Assembly (NCBI GenBank): GCA_003427395.1
Contig: BFEA01000018.1
Span: forward strand, 874,578-938,577
Reading direction: 5' to 3'
Length of the DNA: 64,000 bases
From: Chara braunii
Taxonomy: Eukaryota > Plantae > Charophyceae
Shown: positions 60,151 through 64,000 of the stretch, piece by piece
Numbering within the stretch: the stretch's first letter is position 1
How the letters are laid out: every line of letters begins with the position of its first letter
Made by a program: the position numbers and the translations under genes
Notes under the pieces: model-generated
The model's input: the letters and a program-made list of their open reading frames with translations, nothing else
Told to the model about the DNA's origin: nothing
The model's database searches: none

Positions 60151-61879
60151 CTGGGTGTTCTATTCGGGTGAAGATGGTAGTTCCAACCTTCAAATAGATG
60201 CACCGACAGACAATATTGTTTGGGTCCAAGTCCATGTCTAAGCTCAAAACTTCGAGTAGATGCAGGGACATGCAATATTGCTTGTAGTGAGTTTTCTGTT
60301 GGAAGTCCAAGTAGGTGCTCTGAAAATTGCAGTTTGTAAGAAAAGTGAGCACCATTGCTTTAGTGAGGATTCTAAACCCACACTTTATCATACCAAACTT
60401 CATCGGACAAGATGCGAAGTGAACACAATGTGAGAAACTTCATATTGACTAGCGACTAGGTAGGGTTGGGGGAGTGACAGATGAAGAAGGGGTCAACTGC
60501 GGGGAAGAAGACTTAGTACCTGAAGCTGACGTGGAACATCTACGAGCAACAGTGAAGTACCTCGTCAATGCAAGCCTCGTATGAGCTTGCATGTTGTCCT
60601 TGGCCCTGGTGTGCCAATCTTTCTTGAAAATTCGAACTGCTCTTGTCCGTGCTCTTGATGTTAATGTGTCTTGGTTAGATAGGTGATGCATGTGTACATA
60701 AGTGGGTCAACCTGCCGAAGGCAAACATGGTAGAGTGCAAGGAATATAAGCGGGAGCGATATACAGAAAACCAAATTGCAAAATCACGAAAAAGTCCAGA
60801 TAGTCATGTGCCAAGCAGAGAGCATAAATGCACCAAGATTCCATCCGCATAAGAGCGATACAATGAACTCGTGAGCCAATGTCAAAGCCCTCAAGCCACA
60901 CCTACCAGTATCCAATGTCGCTCCTACTGTATGGTGCCTAGCGCCCAACCTACTCTACTCAACTTATCTATCCTGTCTACATTCGTGCAACAAGATCACT
61001 TTGTCGTCGAAGACCAATGTACATGACGTCAACACCAATGTTGACCTCCCACATACACCAGTTACGTTCTCTCTTCCCCCCTCATCAGACCTTGTCCACC
61101 CACTCATGCGCATCCTTCCCTGAAGACCACAATTGCTCATCACCTTCCCGCACCCCCGCAGCTTGGCTATGGCCGCTAAGCGCCCCACTGCCCTACAGTG
61201 TCCTTCACTTCATAACACCCGCTTGCGCCCCAGCGAGCATGTGCTAATGCAAACACATGCGCAACAATGCAACAACATATCCGCATTGCCTGCCTAGGCC
61301 AGAATGCCTGCCTCTGGCTGGCCTCCTCCCTATATGGGAGTAGTTGTCCTGCTGGGCTGTCTGGGCCTAGCCGAGGAAGTTTCCAGTAGCCTCCGGTCGG
61401 GCCCCAGTGTCCGCCCCCAGTGTCTGCCCCCGGCCCATTCCTACTGTTAAGGGTCTGGGCCCTCTTGGGTTGGGCACCTTCAGGTTGCCTCCAGGCTCCA
61501 AGTGTTTGTCGTTTTTGCATTGGCCCGGGTGGTAGGTGTGACGACAATGCTGCATTCTCATTGGCCCGCGGCCACTTCGTGATGTGTCGGCCTCTCACCA
61601 CGTGTGCCCAGGGTGCAGCCACCTGCGTCTTGGGCTCAACTGCTTGACGTAGTTGCTGCTTCTGGAAGGAGCTAGGGAGAGGCTTGAGTTGCATTTCAAT
61701 CAACTGGCGTGCTGCAACTGTCTGATACCCACATTGGAAAATGCTAATATAAGGGTCTCTCGTGGATATTCAAGCCCGCCTTCACTTAAGGCGGACATGA
61801 GGCTTGCTGGGGGCCAGAGTCCAAAATATGTGCATGTTGGCTAGGGCCCCATGAGGACACATTTCTCACAAGAGTAACT

Positions 61880-62840
61880 GCATGATCATTATGAGCAGTG
61901 GGCACTGGTTAAACCACACGTCTAGCCCAAAGAATGGTACTAACTACCTTCTTCACCCGAAAATACGACCCGAGTATTGTATACGAATATAACGTCCGCC
62001 AGGGGTTATATTCGTTTATAACACCCGGGCATTATATTCAGTAAATTGGTGGCAACTTCGGTGGAGGCCCAAAATTCCAAAAATAAAATATTCAAAAAAT
62101 TATGTAAAAAATATATATTGTCCAAAATCGCAATGCGGCCAGCGTTTGGCTGAGGGTCACTTCAAAATTTTTTATAAAGTCGAAAATAAAAAATAAAACA
62201 AAAAAGCAAACCTCAAAACCCTTTTCAACCTCCTTTAAAACCCATGTATAACCCCTCCCCGCCCTTTAAAACCCATGTATACTACCTCTACAAGGCATTC
62301 TGCCCATGGAACATTCAAATGTAATGCCTAGGCGTTCTATTCGAATATAATGTTTGGGCATCCAAGGGGCGTTCTATTTGAAAAAAAGTGAGTAAAAACA
62401 AAAAACTGATCTTTCTAGGGTAAGTTGAACATAACGTCCGGGTGTTATTTTCGGGTGAAGACGGTAGCATGTGGTGCATGGCCATTATGAGCGGCCAACA
62501 CTCGTTAAACCACGTGTCTAGCCCAAACACCAATACTGACTAGCACATGGTGCATGTCCATGAGTGACGGACACTCGTTAAACCACACGTTTATCCCAAG
62601 GACTGATATAGACTAGCATAGGGTGCATGACCATAAGCGGCGGACTCGTTAAACCACATGTCTAGCCCAAGGACTGGTACTGACTACCATGCGGTGCATG
62701 GCCATTAGCAGTGGGCACTCGTTAAACCACATGTCTAGCCCAATGACTAGTACTGACCAGCATGACCATTATGAGTGGCGGACACTCGTTAAATTGCATA
62801 TCTAGCCCAAGGAGTCAAGGACTGGTACTGACTAGCATGC
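61880..62840. repeat. Minisatellite with a ~62-68 bp unit, interrupted by a MITE
   Basis: Repeated CACTCGTTAAACCACATGTCTAGCCCAAGGACTGGTACTGACTAGCAT...TGCATG. Confidence 0.85.
61947..62464. mobile_element. Tc1/mariner(pogo)-type MITE with TA TSD
   Basis: TIR CCTTCTTCACCCGAAAATA / TATTTTCGGGTGAAGACGG; neighbouring satellite units show the empty site ACTAGCAT. Confidence 0.88.
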
Positions 62841-64000
62841 AACCCATGGTCGGGGAAACTTGCATGCATGGCGCGGACGCGAAAACGAAAAGGCACCGAA
62901 ACAGTTACGCTTCATCTAGTCCAACTCTAAAATTAGTTCAAGATTTGAAAAATCCAAAACCAAAACCTGCGCGCAAAATTTAGACGTGTGAAGTCCTACG
63001 CCTCTTCAGATTCTTTCGAAAAATTCACTGAGCTTTCCAAGGCGGATTTGGGAATACTTATGTACAAGAAAGGACATGTCAGCGAGATGTGCGTCCGTAA
63101 ATTCCGGAGCTCCCAACTGCTGAACAAAATTCCTCGCGTGTTCGCTATGACACGTGTAATTCCTACGTAAAGTTCAAGAAAAACAAAATTTCGAAAATCC
63201 TGAGAAAGCGAAAAACACTTCGAAGTATGGACACCTCTCTGTGACGAACCACTCCCCAACCCCGTGCCATCTTTCGTACCCTTTCTTTTGCTTTTATCAT
63301 ACCAACCCAGGAAAGCCCCGTTTTGATTTCTTGCTTTCGGGTGCCGGTTTCGGGTGTCACATTTTCCTTTTTGAAGAACTTTTTCGACTACTGAGTTCTG
63401 TTTTTTTTTTTTTGCAAAGTCGGGAAATACATGGGAATTTGTGTGCGCCTTACCGAGCGCACTGGGAATTGGGCTCAGCGGTTGGGAATTCCGGGATAAG
63501 CGGAACTTCGACGTGTCCTTTTTGGGTGTGAGAATGTTCTTGGGCGCGTCGGGGAAAACTCTCGATATTTTGCGTAAATACGAATAGGCATAGGATTTTC
63601 TTTTCCCGTGTCGTTTTTTCGCGCGCGGATATGGTGATTTCAATTTTTGAATTAGGATAGAAGCAAGCTGTAACTGTTTCGGTGCCTTTTTTTTTTTTTT
63701 TTTTTTTTTTGACGGCGCTGTGCATGCAAAAGCTTCTTCCTCTCTGTCCCCCGCATCGCTCCCTCCCGCGCCTCCCTTCCCTTCTCACTCCTTTTTCTAT
63801 CTCCCCGTAACTGTTTTTCCTTCTCCCTCTCTCTTTCTCCCGCCTTGCTTTCGCGCGCTCATTTCCCTTTCTCGATCATATGAATCTTGGATCCGTCTTG
63901 TGCCACCTCTCGCGCCTTTTCTCTTCTCACCCTCTAAGTCCGGCATACGATGCTCGGTCAATCCCCCGATAACTCCCGCTCGCCAACCAGGTGCGTAGAT

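Noticed and set aside
60200-61750. Further decayed LINE C-terminus on the minus strand
   Set aside because: Only faint Cys/His/Trp remnants; too degraded to support a call
61880-62840. CRISPR-like array
   Set aside because: The whole unit is repeated; it is a minisatellite

Overview
Eukaryotic nuclear scaffold with several N gaps, made almost entirely of repeats. Plant-type U6 and 18S copies, poly(A)/GA/GT microsatellites and L1/Tx1-type LINEs suggest a streptophyte, probably a charophyte alga; that assignment is inference. No intact host gene is evident. The window holds two near-full-length decayed L1/Tx1-like LINEs in tandem (~10.5-18.4 kb and ~19.5-29.4 kb), several 5'-truncated LINE copies, and a ~6.5 kb PIF/Harbinger transposon (Myb/SANT ORF plus an open DDE transposase, with TIRs). 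It also holds about a dozen MITEs of three TSD classes (3-bp, TA, TTAA), three U6 snRNA retrocopies, a polyadenylated 18S rRNA 3'-end retrocopy, minisatellites and a Nextera mate-pair junction artefact. The strongest leads are: (1) a covarying H-type pseudoknot and hairpin cassette in ~19 retroposed 3' tails; (2) a candidate degenerate NUDIX-fold domain at the end of the very long ORF1 of both LINE families; (3) a candidate SH3/Tudor/KOW barrel in ORF2; (4) Penelope-type minimal hammerhead ribozyme motifs; (5) a U6 copy carrying a piece of LINE tail at its ACAGAGA box; (6) an extra protein-like ORF inside the Harbinger.
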